Part shown: one piece after another, positions 31,439 to 40,126 of the stretch
How the letters are laid out: each line of letters starts with the position of its first letter
Numbering within the stretch: position 1 is the first letter of the stretch
IMG/VR virus record: IMGVR_UViG_3300043399_001317
DNA: 64,000 nt
Reading direction: 5' to 3' (one strand)
Source: an uncultured virus (IMG/VR IMGVR_UViG_3300043399_001317)
Lineage: Duplodnaviria > Heunggongvirae > Uroviricota > Caudoviricetes
Notes under the pieces: generated by a model
Databases searched by the model: none
What the model saw: the letters and a program-made list of their open reading frames with translations, nothing else
What the model was told of the DNA's origin: nothing
Translations under genes and position numbers: made by a program

Positions 31439-31728
31439 GGGGGTAAAATGGCTCTGGAAATGGCTCTGGGAATGGGTAGTAAATGGTCTTGGAAATGGCT
31501 CTGGAAATGGCTCTGGGAATGGGAGTAAAATGGTCTTGGAAATGGCTCTGGAAATGGCTCTGGGAATGGGAGTAAAATGGTCTTGGAAATGGGAGTAAAA
31601 TGGCCTTGGAAATGGGAGTAAAATGGCCTTGGAAATGGGAGTAAAATGGCCTTGGAAATGGGAGTAAAATGGCCTTGGAAATGGGAGTAAAATGGCCTTG
31701 GAAATGGGAGTAAAATGGCTCTGGGAAT
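31439..31728. repeat. Tandem repeat array (23-bp unit built from 11-12-bp subunits)
   Basis: Five perfect GGGAGTAAAATGGCCTTGGAAAT copies at 31591-31705, plus 47-bp higher-order variants containing GGCTCTGGAAAT upstream. Confidence 0.95.
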
Positions 31729-31828
31729 TGTCCCCACATCAACCCCCAACCATATATTTACGTTTTTTTTTAATAATATCTGCTTAACGGCATAAAATTA
31801 AAATAATATTTTGCATATAATCTATAAC

Positions 31829-31998
31829 TCAGAATATCGTCGGAATTTTAATATATGGCTATAAGAATAATATTTGGTTTGGGGGTATATTTGGTGTATT
31901 TTGGGTAAAATATGGGGTATTTGGAATAATATTTTGCAAATTTATTATTATTCAGAACATCGTCGGAATTTTCATATATGGCTATAAGAATAATATTT
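31829..31998. repeat. Two 47-bp direct repeats
   Basis: TCAGAAYATCGTCGGAATTTTMATATATGGCTATAAGAATAATATTT at 31829 and 31952. Confidence 0.9.
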
Positions 31999-32083
31999 TG
32001 TGTTTGAATATTTAATTAATTTTTTTGATAAAAAACTTGCATATTTGGTAAAGTGTTTGTATATTTGTGGAAAATTATGGGAT

Positions 32084-32278
32084 ATGGATGTCACCAAAAA
32101 ATTTGTATCTGATTATTTTCTTATCGATTTTTTAAATCAGATAAAGAAAGATGTTATAGATGAGAGTGGGAAGATTCCCTACTATGAGAAGGTACAGAAG
32201 ATAAAGGACAGGGGTGTGGGTGAGTACCTATTGATTATAGACTATGATAAAGATTATTGTTACGTTTGTGACAAATAG
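32084..32278 (+). CDS. Hypothetical protein
   Basis: Start MDVTKK after a TATATTTG promoter; terminator follows. Confidence 0.55.
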   Translation: MDVTKKFVSDYFLIDFLNQIKKDVIDESGKIPYYEKVQKIKDRGVGEYLLIIDYDKDYCYVCDK

Positions 32279-32368
32279 ATATAAGTTTTCTCATTGGTTT
32301 TTTGTGAGGAGGGGCGTTTTGCCCCTCTTTTTTTTTTATTACATATTTATCTGTAAATTATTTTTGAT

Positions 32369-33652
32369 ATGGATTTATTGATAACGGAGGCTCAGCTTAA
32401 TGGTTTAATAAATGAGGGGATAGGGGGTTATTTATATTATTACAGGTCTCCCGCTTCTTTACTGGATATACTTAGGACAAATAGGATTAGGGCTTCTGTG
32501 GCCGGTTTTTTTAATAGTGAAAGTGCTTACTGGGAAACTAAATTTAATAAAGGTAGGTTTTTTTTCTTATCAACAACGAGGAATAAGTTATTCAGGTTTA
32601 TGGGTAGGAACTGTAGGATTTATTTGGATGAAAATAAATTAAGGCAGAGGTATAAGGTTGTTCCTATTGAAACATTGTCTGGTGTTAAAGAATATGAAGA
32701 AAGGGTTTTATTGAATAAGAGTTTCATTATTGCATCTGATTATATATTAAGGGTTGATTTTTTTGTTCCGACAATTCATGAGGAGTATGTTGAGGAAATT
32801 GATAAGTTATCTAAAGAAATGGGGATACCTGTTTATTTTTTCAAGAATGAACCTGCGTTCTTAAAAGGGGATGAAAGTAAAGATATTAACCCAAAACATA
32901 TAATAAAAAAATATCATAGAAATATCCCAATCAAAAAATATAAACCGATTAGTGAATTTGACTTGAAATATTTTTTATTTATTTTTCAGATAGGAAGTGA
33001 TAGAGGTGGTATTATTGATTATTTGGATGATAGCACAATAAGGAATATGTCAATGCTCCCTTTTGATGCCAATAGGTTTGAGCGTATTGTGGGTGAGATG
33101 TTGGTAAACCCAGATTATCATTTCCTTTTACAAACATTGGCTGATAGAATGAAAAGGGATAAAGTTGTAAATATTGGTGATTTCTTTTCTGTTCAACGTT
33201 CAAGGTATGATATTGAAAATTATGTTTCCAATGGTTCCAAAGGAAATTTAAAATTGGAAAAAACAAAATTGAAATCTTTAAAACCCCTTCTTGAAGTGGG
33301 GGGTAATTTTAACTTTTCATTCTCAAGAGAGTTGGAGGTTTTGGATAGTATTAAAGAGGTTGGAGGCATTTGCGACATGAGTTTATGTAGCAATTTAAAA
33401 AGCCTTGGTACACTTGAAAAAGTTGGGGGTCATTTGCATTTACATATTTGTTACAATTTAAGAGGTTTTGGTTCGCTCAAATTTGTCGGTGGCAGTTTGT
33501 CTGTAAACCAATGCACTAAATTAAAGAATTTGGATGGCATTGAACATGTTGGTGGTTACATCCACTTATCCGGTAGTGCCCTTATGTTAGATGCCCAATC
33601 AGGTGAACTACAAAAGAAATATCCGCACCTAGCAGATAAATTCTATTTTTAA
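32369..33652 (+). CDS. ART-like domain + LRR-like repeat protein (paralog 4)
   Basis: MDLLITEAQLNGLINE; YYYRS / FLSTTR / EYEER; C-cap SGELQKKYPHLADKF. Confidence 0.65.
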   Translation: MDLLITEAQLNGLINEGIGGYLYYYRSPASLLDILRTNRIRASVAGFFNSESAYWETKFNKGRFFFLSTTRNKLFRFMGRNCRIYLDENKLRQRYKVVPIETLSGVKEYEERVLLNKSFIIASDYILRVDFFVPTIHEEYVEEIDKLSKEMGIPVYFFKNEPAFLKGDESKDINPKHIIKKYHRNIPIKKYKPISEFDLKYFLFIFQIGSDRGGIIDYLDDSTIRNMSMLPFDANRFERIVGEMLVNPDYHFLLQTLADRMKRDKVVNIGDFFSVQRSRYDIENYVSNGSKGNLKLEKTKLKSLKPLLEVGGNFNFSFSRELEVLDSIKEVGGICDMSLCSNLKSLGTLEKVGGHLHLHICYNLRGFGSLKFVGGSLSVNQCTKLKNLDGIEHVGGYIHLSGSALMLDAQSGELQKKYPHLADKFYF

Positions 33653-33674
33653 TGGTTTCCTCCTTATTTTGGAA

Positions 33675-33758
33675 TTTTATTATTCTTTATAGAATAATAA
33701 AATGTTACCAATCAGTGTAGATGGTATATAGAGAATTATATTATACTGATTGGTAACA
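33675..33758. repeat. Two adjacent inverted repeats
   Basis: TTTTATTATTCT/AGAATAATAAAA (12 bp) and TGTTACCAATCAGT/ACTGATTGGTAACA (14 bp perfect). Confidence 0.85.
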
Positions 33759-33838
33759 CTTTTAATCCTTGCTGGGTATTTTGGAATTATATTATTCTTT
33801 ATGATAATTCCCTTCCATATTTGTAATAATATTATTCT

Positions 33839-34477
33839 TTATGTGTTGGAAATCATTGAATGACTTTCCTCCCCTCCCCTTATGAAAAGTTCTGATAGGT
33901 CGCTTCTCTGGTGAACAACGTTCATTATTTTATTTATGGTTATAATAATATCCTCCGGTTTGGTCTGGCGGATTAATTCTTTTGCGAGTTTATATAAGGG
34001 TTTGATTCCAAAATCGCTTAATACAGGTTGTCCGTTACTGAATTGGGGCACGTATTCATCTATATCATATTCATTGTATAATATATCATAAACCCCATGA
34101 AAATCTTTTTTTTCTGGTCTTTCAATATCGTCGAATACATCATAAAACTCATCAAATGGAAAAACTCCTCTGTGCCCATGTATTCGTGTTAAAGCCTCCA
34201 GCATGGCAATATTATTTAAAACCAATTCCTTCCAATCCAATATTTTATTTTCTGGGAATCTTATGAACTGGCCATATTTCATATATTCTTCCATTGCCCT
34301 TTTATATTGATATGGGTCTATGAGGCTGAATGTTATTTTTTCTTTGTCTTTTATTTGTCTGAAAATATCATATATGTTTTGTATTAAAAGTTCTGTTAAA
34401 TCATCTTCGCTTTCTATTTGTTCTTGAATTAACTTCTTTAATTTGTTTTTAATAATGTTCTCTATTAACATATCCAT
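33839..34477 (-). CDS. Hypothetical protein with leader
   Basis: MDMLIENIIKNKLKKLIQE; ATATTTAT upstream. Confidence 0.7.
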   Translation of the reverse strand: MDMLIENIIKNKLKKLIQEQIESEDDLTELLIQNIYDIFRQIKDKEKITFSLIDPYQYKRAMEEYMKYGQFIRFPENKILDWKELVLNNIAMLEALTRIHGHRGVFPFDEFYDVFDDIERPEKKDFHGVYDILYNEYDIDEYVPQFSNGQPVLSDFGIKPLYKLAKELIRQTKPEDIIITINKIMNVVHQRSDLSELFIRGGEESHSMISNT

Positions 34478-34569
34478 TTTTGTAATAAATATTTAATAAC
34501 AAAAAACAGGGGGTCTGAGAATTTAATCCCAGCCCCCTCGAACATGATTGCAAAAAACTCGTTTTCTTT

Positions 34570-34794
34570 TTAATACCAGCCTTCTCCTATTTTGTAGAGG
34601 CGCTTATCAACCGTTACATATTTCTCAAACCATTGCCCCCATTCACCCCTCCTTGTCCGGGTAACGGTTACAGAATAATACTTTAATGCGTACTTTTTTA
34701 ATTCCTTTTTAATCTCCTTGTAGGTGTTGAAAGTTTTTTCTTCTACGATGTTCTTGTTTTCATCATAGCAGGTAATCCATGGTTTCTTGTTCAT
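34570..34794 (-). CDS. Hypothetical protein
   Basis: 74-aa ORF. Confidence 0.6.
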   Translation of the reverse strand: MNKKPWITCYDENKNIVEEKTFNTYKEIKKELKKYALKYYSVTVTRTRRGEWGQWFEKYVTVDKRLYKIGEGWY

Positions 34795-34820
34795 TTGTTA
34801 TGTTTTTTATTGGTCAATAA

Positions 34821-35798
34821 TTAAGAATAAATAAAAGGATTAATCCGGGTATTGATTGAATCTATCATAAACGATTCCAATAAGCGCTCAAATTTGCCCT
34901 TGTTAAGATAGCAGTTTGGTTTCATGGAATCCATCCCTGATGTATGGGGTTCATCAACTCTGGCAATGTCAACCACATAGAAAGCATTTTCATTTGACAA
35001 TACCTTGATGTGGGAAATGTCGCGCAAATCGGGACCTAATTGATAGCTCTTCTTATCCTTTGATAACAATACACTATAATCCCCATAAGAAGATGATTTT
35101 ATGTTAAAGGCATTATCCTTTCCGTTAGGGTCGTATTCTTTTCTGGGGACGCTCTTTATGAACGCCTGAACATCGAAATCGTTCATGCCGGCCACAATTG
35201 ATTTTGACAATTCCCCAATAACGTTCTTTATTAACGATTTGGCATAAAACACCATCTCTACTTTCTCATTTGATAATTCTGCCAACGTGGGGTTATGCTC
35301 CCTCAAGATGTTCAACATAAAATCTTCAATGTCAACCTTGCATTGTTTGATTATTCCTGAAATATCCTCAACCATGAACATGTTTAACGTCAAATCTTCA
35401 ATGTCACCCTTAAATTCTTCATTTGTTCTCGATTCTTCAATTTTTCTTGCAATATCCCCAATCATGTATAAGATTTCAATGTCTTTTTCACCATAAAATA
35501 GGATTTTAAATTCTCTATCAATAATGGAAGGTTGGTTTTTTTCATCATTGCCAATATTAAAAGTGATGCTAATAATTTTTTGACCTTCTTTGAAACCATG
35601 CAGAACTACCTCCTGAGAAATTATATTATTCCCTGAAGAAAAAAATTCGTGCTGACAATCCATATGGAGTTTGTCAATATTGATAAAGTAGCTGGCGACA
35701 AAAGTTTTCAAGTCAAACAACATGCAAGATTTAACTTGCTCAAGTTTTTCGGAATTTGCTTCCAGTTTCTGGATTATTTTTTCTATTGATTCAAACAT
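34821..35798 (-). CDS. Hypothetical protein
   Basis: 325-aa ORF. Confidence 0.75.
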   Translation of the reverse strand: MFESIEKIIQKLEANSEKLEQVKSCMLFDLKTFVASYFINIDKLHMDCQHEFFSSGNNIISQEVVLHGFKEGQKIISITFNIGNDEKNQPSIIDREFKILFYGEKDIEILYMIGDIARKIEESRTNEEFKGDIEDLTLNMFMVEDISGIIKQCKVDIEDFMLNILREHNPTLAELSNEKVEMVFYAKSLIKNVIGELSKSIVAGMNDFDVQAFIKSVPRKEYDPNGKDNAFNIKSSSYGDYSVLLSKDKKSYQLGPDLRDISHIKVLSNENAFYVVDIARVDEPHTSGMDSMKPNCYLNKGKFERLLESFMIDSINTRINPFIYS

Positions 35799-35811
35799 AA
35801 TATTTTAATTT

Positions 35812-36633
35812 TTAAGCGTGAACATATTCCAATTGATTCATGAAAGAAGCAAAGATATACTTTTCAATGCAAAGTTTCAACTCCTCTCTGGTTACACAAC
35901 CAACACGCAAATCTTCCCCGCAGTTAAGGGTTATATTAATATAATTCTTTCCTTCGAATACTTTGCCAATCTCAGAAATATCTTTCATGTTGTGTACGGA
36001 ACTTACTTGCATCTCATCCCTACTATTTCGGTAATGAAGCACCAAGAAATGGTGTTGTGGTTGCGAAGGCAGGTTATTCCTGAAACCTTCCAAGTTAAAT
36101 TTGGAATGGTTAATATCTTCCATTGCGCCATTTGCCCATATTTCTGCAAAGTGCTTTGCTTTCACAGTTATTTCAGAAGATATGTTTTGTTCTTCCAGTA
36201 ATAGGGTACAAAGCCTCTGGTCGCTTTCTCTAAGGATATTCATTACAGCCCCCTCTATCGTTTCCTTTTTTGCTTTGTACAAGGTAAAAATATCATCCAT
36301 GGGGCTTTGGTTCGGTTTAACGATGTAATAATTAATTTCTGTCCGGGCGTAAGAGTGAACATTAAGGATATTTGATTCTGTATCCCTGATGGGAATAAAT
36401 TCAATTTCGCAAGTGTTCTCACCTTCCTTTATGGTGCATATTATTTTTTGCAAAGTGATGCTGCCATTTGAAGAGTATATCTTATGGGATATTTCAAGTT
36501 GGTAAGAATCTTTTAAATTAAGGGATTCTTTGATATAGCCCTTGAGCAATTGTTTCAATGATTCCACCACAAAGATGATATCAGAATCAACCGACTTTTT
36601 ATTTTCAAATAATTTGTCAAACACGCCTTTCAT
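35812..36633 (-). CDS. Hypothetical protein
   Basis: ORF, likely start MKGVF. Confidence 0.7.
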   Translation of the reverse strand: MKGVFDKLFENKKSVDSDIIFVVESLKQLLKGYIKESLNLKDSYQLEISHKIYSSNGSITLQKIICTIKEGENTCEIEFIPIRDTESNILNVHSYARTEINYYIVKPNQSPMDDIFTLYKAKKETIEGAVMNILRESDQRLCTLLLEEQNISSEITVKAKHFAEIWANGAMEDINHSKFNLEGFRNNLPSQPQHHFLVLHYRNSRDEMQVSSVHNMKDISEIGKVFEGKNYINITLNCGEDLRVGCVTREELKLCIEKYIFASFMNQLEYVHA

Positions 36634-36700
36634 ATTTTTTTTATTTTGAATTTGGATAAACGAATAAAGGGGGAACAGCAGTGCCGTTCCCCCAGATGTT

Positions 36701-37489
36701 TTATATTCCGTTATAGACAATTCCTTTCATTAATGCCAGTAGGTCATTTTGCTTTACAAAATTATAGTTAATGACCTTATAGGAGGAATTTGTTTGATAT
36801 TCCACTTTAAAAAAGCCATTTATTTTATCTATGATTTTGATATAAACCAAATCAAAGATATTTTGCAAATAAAGTTTATTAAAGCGTTTTGTTTCGTGCA
36901 AATAATATATTGGCAATGTGCTATAATTCCCAAATCTGCTTGGAAATTGGTCAGTGAAATCTTTAACGATAAAAGGTTGTTCCCACATTTTTTCAATTGC
37001 ATGACTCGCAAGCATATTGGAAACCGATTCCTTTTCCACATCCAATTCGGTTTTAACAAGATGTAATTCTTTCAACAAAGAGTTGCGCTCAGGATAATAT
37101 TTTTGCAATATTTCCAGTACCCGTTCTTCGTTTTCTTTTTCAAAATATGCGAAATTGTTTGCGATACCCCCAATATATTTCAAACCCAGAAATTCCTCTT
37201 CCTTTTCGGCAGATATTCCGCCCATATTAATCCTGAAACGGATTTCAACGGGATAATCGTTTTCATTTAAAAAAACCCTGAAGTTCAAAGAACCCAAGAT
37301 TTTATTCCCGCTGTATAATTTGGCTTCAAAGTTTTCGGATAGGCTGACTTCAAACCTGCAACCCGGAACATTGGGAAATATGACGGACAAATAAGACCCC
37401 AGTTCTTCTTTGGTTTTACCTTGAAGAATCTGGATTTTATCCAAAAGTTCTACCTTTTTGATTTTTAGTTGTTCAAGTTTTTCGCTCAT
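36701..37489 (-). CDS. Hypothetical protein (paralog of 37861..38670)
   Basis: Start MSEKLEQ; shared P.V.GCRF..S, EF.GL.YIG.I, VKDF. Confidence 0.75.
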   Translation of the reverse strand: MSEKLEQLKIKKVELLDKIQILQGKTKEELGSYLSVIFPNVPGCRFEVSLSENFEAKLYSGNKILGSLNFRVFLNENDYPVEIRFRINMGGISAEKEEEFLGLKYIGGIANNFAYFEKENEERVLEILQKYYPERNSLLKELHLVKTELDVEKESVSNMLASHAIEKMWEQPFIVKDFTDQFPSRFGNYSTLPIYYLHETKRFNKLYLQNIFDLVYIKIIDKINGFFKVEYQTNSSYKVINYNFVKQNDLLALMKGIVYNGI

Positions 37490-37519
37490 GTTGTTTTTAT
37501 TTTTTAGTGGGTAAAACAT

Positions 37520-37627
37520 TATGTACTCAGTTGTGATAGGTGGTTCTACGTTAAATCCCCTATTTAACTCCAGAATATAATCAAGGAGCCTATCACAACT
37601 GCCCACCCTAAAGCGGGTTCGTACACA
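37520..37627 (-). ncRNA. Candidate multi-branch structured RNA
   Basis: Closing TGTGTAC/GTACATA; perfect 13-bp CAGTTGTGATAGG/CCTATCACAACTG; inner hairpins CTCC/GGAG, TTAAAT/ATTTAA, CCCGC/GTGGG. Confidence 0.6.
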
Positions 37628-37629
37628 AA

Positions 37630-37775
37630 GAATAACACATGCTGGCTTTTCGGGAGGCTACAAAGAAACCAACAACGTTCGCCCCCTCTTATAATGTGTT
37701 ATGAATAACACATGCTGGCTTTTCGGGAGGCTACAAAGAAACCAACAACGTTCGCCCCCTCTTATAATGTGTTAT
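37630..37775 (-). repeat. Perfect 73-bp tandem duplication, probably a structured RNA
   Basis: Units 37630-37702 and 37703-37775 are identical; each is closed by ATAACACAT/ATGTGTTAT; starts right after a promoter at 37782. Confidence 0.9.
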
Positions 37776-37860
37776 CTTCTGCAAAGATAATACATTTTTT
37801 TAATCTTGTCAAGTTTTTTTCAAAAAAAATGGGGAGAAATATATTCCCCCCATAAAAAAA

Positions 37861-38670
37861 TTATAACGCAAAATAAACATTCCGGGAAATTTCGCGAATG
37901 AGGTCTTCCTCTTTCACGTACATGTCGTCAAAGTAAACACCAGATACGGCTTTAAGTTCCAAACGGTATGCTTTTGACCTTGACTCAACAATTTTTGCTT
38001 CCAGAAAAGACTCCATAGTATATTTCAAATGTTCTTGAAGCCTGTTTGTCCGTGTGTTCAGCTTAAACGTTTTAAGGGTAAAATGGGGGTTTTCAACTTT
38101 TCTGCACCACTTTTCCATAAAATCCTTAACAACAAGCGGTTCAGATTTCATTCCCTTGATGATTTCCGATGCTACTTTTTTAGAGATTTCGGTTCTCTCC
38201 CTATCAAGTTGAGTGTGAAGGGAACTATTTTTTGCTAGAAATTCGCTAATCCCATCGTAATGTTTGAGCAAAATTTGGTAAACGTCCGATTCAATTGTAT
38301 TTTTATACTCAAAAATCGTTCTTGAAATTCTACCAATGTAGTACAAACCCATGAACTCAAAATCCTTTTCCGGGTTTATGCTGGAAACAGAAAAGGAAAG
38401 TTCTACACCTTGAGGTGTCTCCCCGTAAAGCACTTTTGTGGTCAGGTTAACAGTTCCCATTTCCCGGCCAACCATGAGGCCAACATTTGAGCTAAGCCGG
38501 ATGTCAACCCTATATTGATTTGCAGATATGTCAAACCTGCACCCGTCCACTTTTGGGAGAACAATATCAAAGTAGGAATTTAATTCATCTCTGTAGGCTT
38601 TAAGCAAAGCCTTAGCCTGTTGGTTTACAGATAGGTATTCTTTTTTAATTTCTTCGAGTTTCTCTTTCAT
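37861..38670 (-). CDS. Hypothetical protein (paralog of 36701..37489)
   Basis: Start MKEKLEE after a promoter. Confidence 0.75.
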   Translation of the reverse strand: MKEKLEEIKKEYLSVNQQAKALLKAYRDELNSYFDIVLPKVDGCRFDISANQYRVDIRLSSNVGLMVGREMGTVNLTTKVLYGETPQGVELSFSVSSINPEKDFEFMGLYYIGRISRTIFEYKNTIESDVYQILLKHYDGISEFLAKNSSLHTQLDRERTEISKKVASEIIKGMKSEPLVVKDFMEKWCRKVENPHFTLKTFKLNTRTNRLQEHLKYTMESFLEAKIVESRSKAYRLELKAVSGVYFDDMYVKEEDLIREISRNVYFAL

Positions 38671-38772
38671 GTCCTTTTTTTTACAAATATAAAGAAATAA
38701 TTTCAATGCTGCAAGTTTTTTAAAAAAAAACATGAGGGGAAAATATTCCCCCCATGAAAAAACCAAGAAGCA

Positions 38773-39168
38773 TTAATGAAATTTTTTTGCCAGTTCAATC
38801 AATTCATTTTTATCCATTTGGATTAATTTGCTCTCATACCATTGTGATTCTTCAAGAGTTTCTGGTTCGTAGGGACATTCCTCTTTTATTTGTTTGATAA
38901 ATTCAAAAGTTTCTTCCCCCTCAAACCAATCCAAATCGTTGAACAAGATGTTCCTGATTATTTTGTTGAAGGCTTTGTTGTAAAGTGAAAGGTGGGAAAA
39001 TTCTTTTACTTCGTCTTCTTTGCCGTCGGTTTTAAAGCAAACAGAAAAGAAACCAGATTTATGTTCCTTATCCAAAATGCTTTTGCACCACGTTAGGGCT
39101 TCGTTGCTGTTGTTGAAATAACCTGAAGCCAACATTTTACCCACACTGTCAAATAAAATTGCTTTCAT
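38773..39168 (-). CDS. Hypothetical protein
   Basis: Start MKAILF. Confidence 0.65.
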   Translation of the reverse strand: MKAILFDSVGKMLASGYFNNSNEALTWCKSILDKEHKSGFFSVCFKTDGKEDEVKEFSHLSLYNKAFNKIIRNILFNDLDWFEGEETFEFIKQIKEECPYEPETLEESQWYESKLIQMDKNELIELAKKFH

Positions 39169-39178
39169 TTTTTTCGTT

Positions 39179-39517
39179 TTAAAATAAACAATCGGTTTCA
39201 AAAGGGGCTTCCTGTTCTACCCAAGTAATCAAACCCTTTGAAAGGTCGTCCAAGTTCAGCCTGTAACTGCATGATTCGGTTGGTGTGGTATGAACATCAA
39301 TCTCTTCAGTCCAACTATGTTCAATACCATATGGATATAATGTAATGGTTTCTATTTTCGTGTTTTCAGGTTTTCTGCTCTCTGCATATGTCCCAATAAA
39401 AATGGGTTCTTTCCCCGGTACAATCAAGTATTCTGCCCCAGATGAATGGAAACCAATTTTTGCACTTTTGTATTCCTCTGGAGTTAATTTAATCGGTTTT
39501 GTGTAATATCTAGCCAT
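39179..39517 (-). CDS. Hypothetical protein
   Basis: 112-aa ORF. Confidence 0.65.
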   Translation of the reverse strand: MARYYTKPIKLTPEEYKSAKIGFHSSGAEYLIVPGKEPIFIGTYAESRKPENTKIETITLYPYGIEHSWTEEIDVHTTPTESCSYRLNLDDLSKGLITWVEQEAPFETDCLF

Positions 39518-39567
39518 TGTTTTTTTATTTTATGAGGGGGATTTTAACCCCCCCCCTGATATGTGAT

Positions 39568-39840
39568 TTATTTCAGATGTTCAACAAGTTCCAGTCGGTA
39601 AAGTTCAACCTCTTTGCGTGTGGCGTAGCGTTCGGTGGTGTATTTGCTGAAACAGCCCGAACCCCATTGGTCGGTGCGGTATTCACCTTTGCCGTGCATT
39701 TGGATAACAACCCCGATTTCGGGCTTTTCGTCATCGTCCTCAAATTTATAGAGGACGTCCCCGAGTTGTGGTCCTTTTTGCTTGTGGCTAATGTAACCAG
39801 AACCGAAAAAATTGTGGTCTTTTACTTTTAGCTTTTTCAT
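39568..39840 (-). CDS. Hypothetical protein
   Basis: 90-aa ORF. Confidence 0.65.
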   Translation of the reverse strand: MKKLKVKDHNFFGSGYISHKQKGPQLGDVLYKFEDDDEKPEIGVVIQMHGKGEYRTDQWGSGCFSKYTTERYATRKEVELYRLELVEHLK

Positions 39841-39841
39841 A

Positions 39842-40081
39842 TTAAGGCATGTTTATCCATTGTATTGATTTATTACGGGCATTCACAACGAAATTTCCGT
39901 TGTGGATTAATTCCTCTTCAAAGGGAATAACGTCAGGGTCAACCCCTATTCCCTCAACCAGTTCGGTCATCCTTTCATAGGCTTGACTTATAAGCCATTT
40001 GTTTTGTTTGTCCGGGTCTAACGGAAAAGGATGGTACCCCGTGATTTCGTTTTGACTGATTTCAAAGATAACGATTTGCAT
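39842..40081 (-). CDS. Hypothetical protein
   Basis: 79-aa ORF after a promoter. Confidence 0.6.
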   Translation of the reverse strand: MQIVIFEISQNEITGYHPFPLDPDKQNKWLISQAYERMTELVEGIGVDPDVIPFEEELIHNGNFVVNARNKSIQWINMP

Positions 40082-40126
40082 GGTAATATTTTTTGAGTGT
40101 TATTTAATAAGACAAATATACACCTT

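Noticed and set aside
31439..31728. CRISPR array, or the ORFs 31389..31742 and 31405..31749
   Set aside because: Repeats are contiguous with no unique spacers and no cas genes; the ORFs are just translations of the repeat
37520..37775. Hammerhead or twister ribozyme
   Set aside because: No unpaired CTGANGA/GAAA core; GAGGG and TCCC resemble twister but the conserved TAA cleavage context is not in the right place
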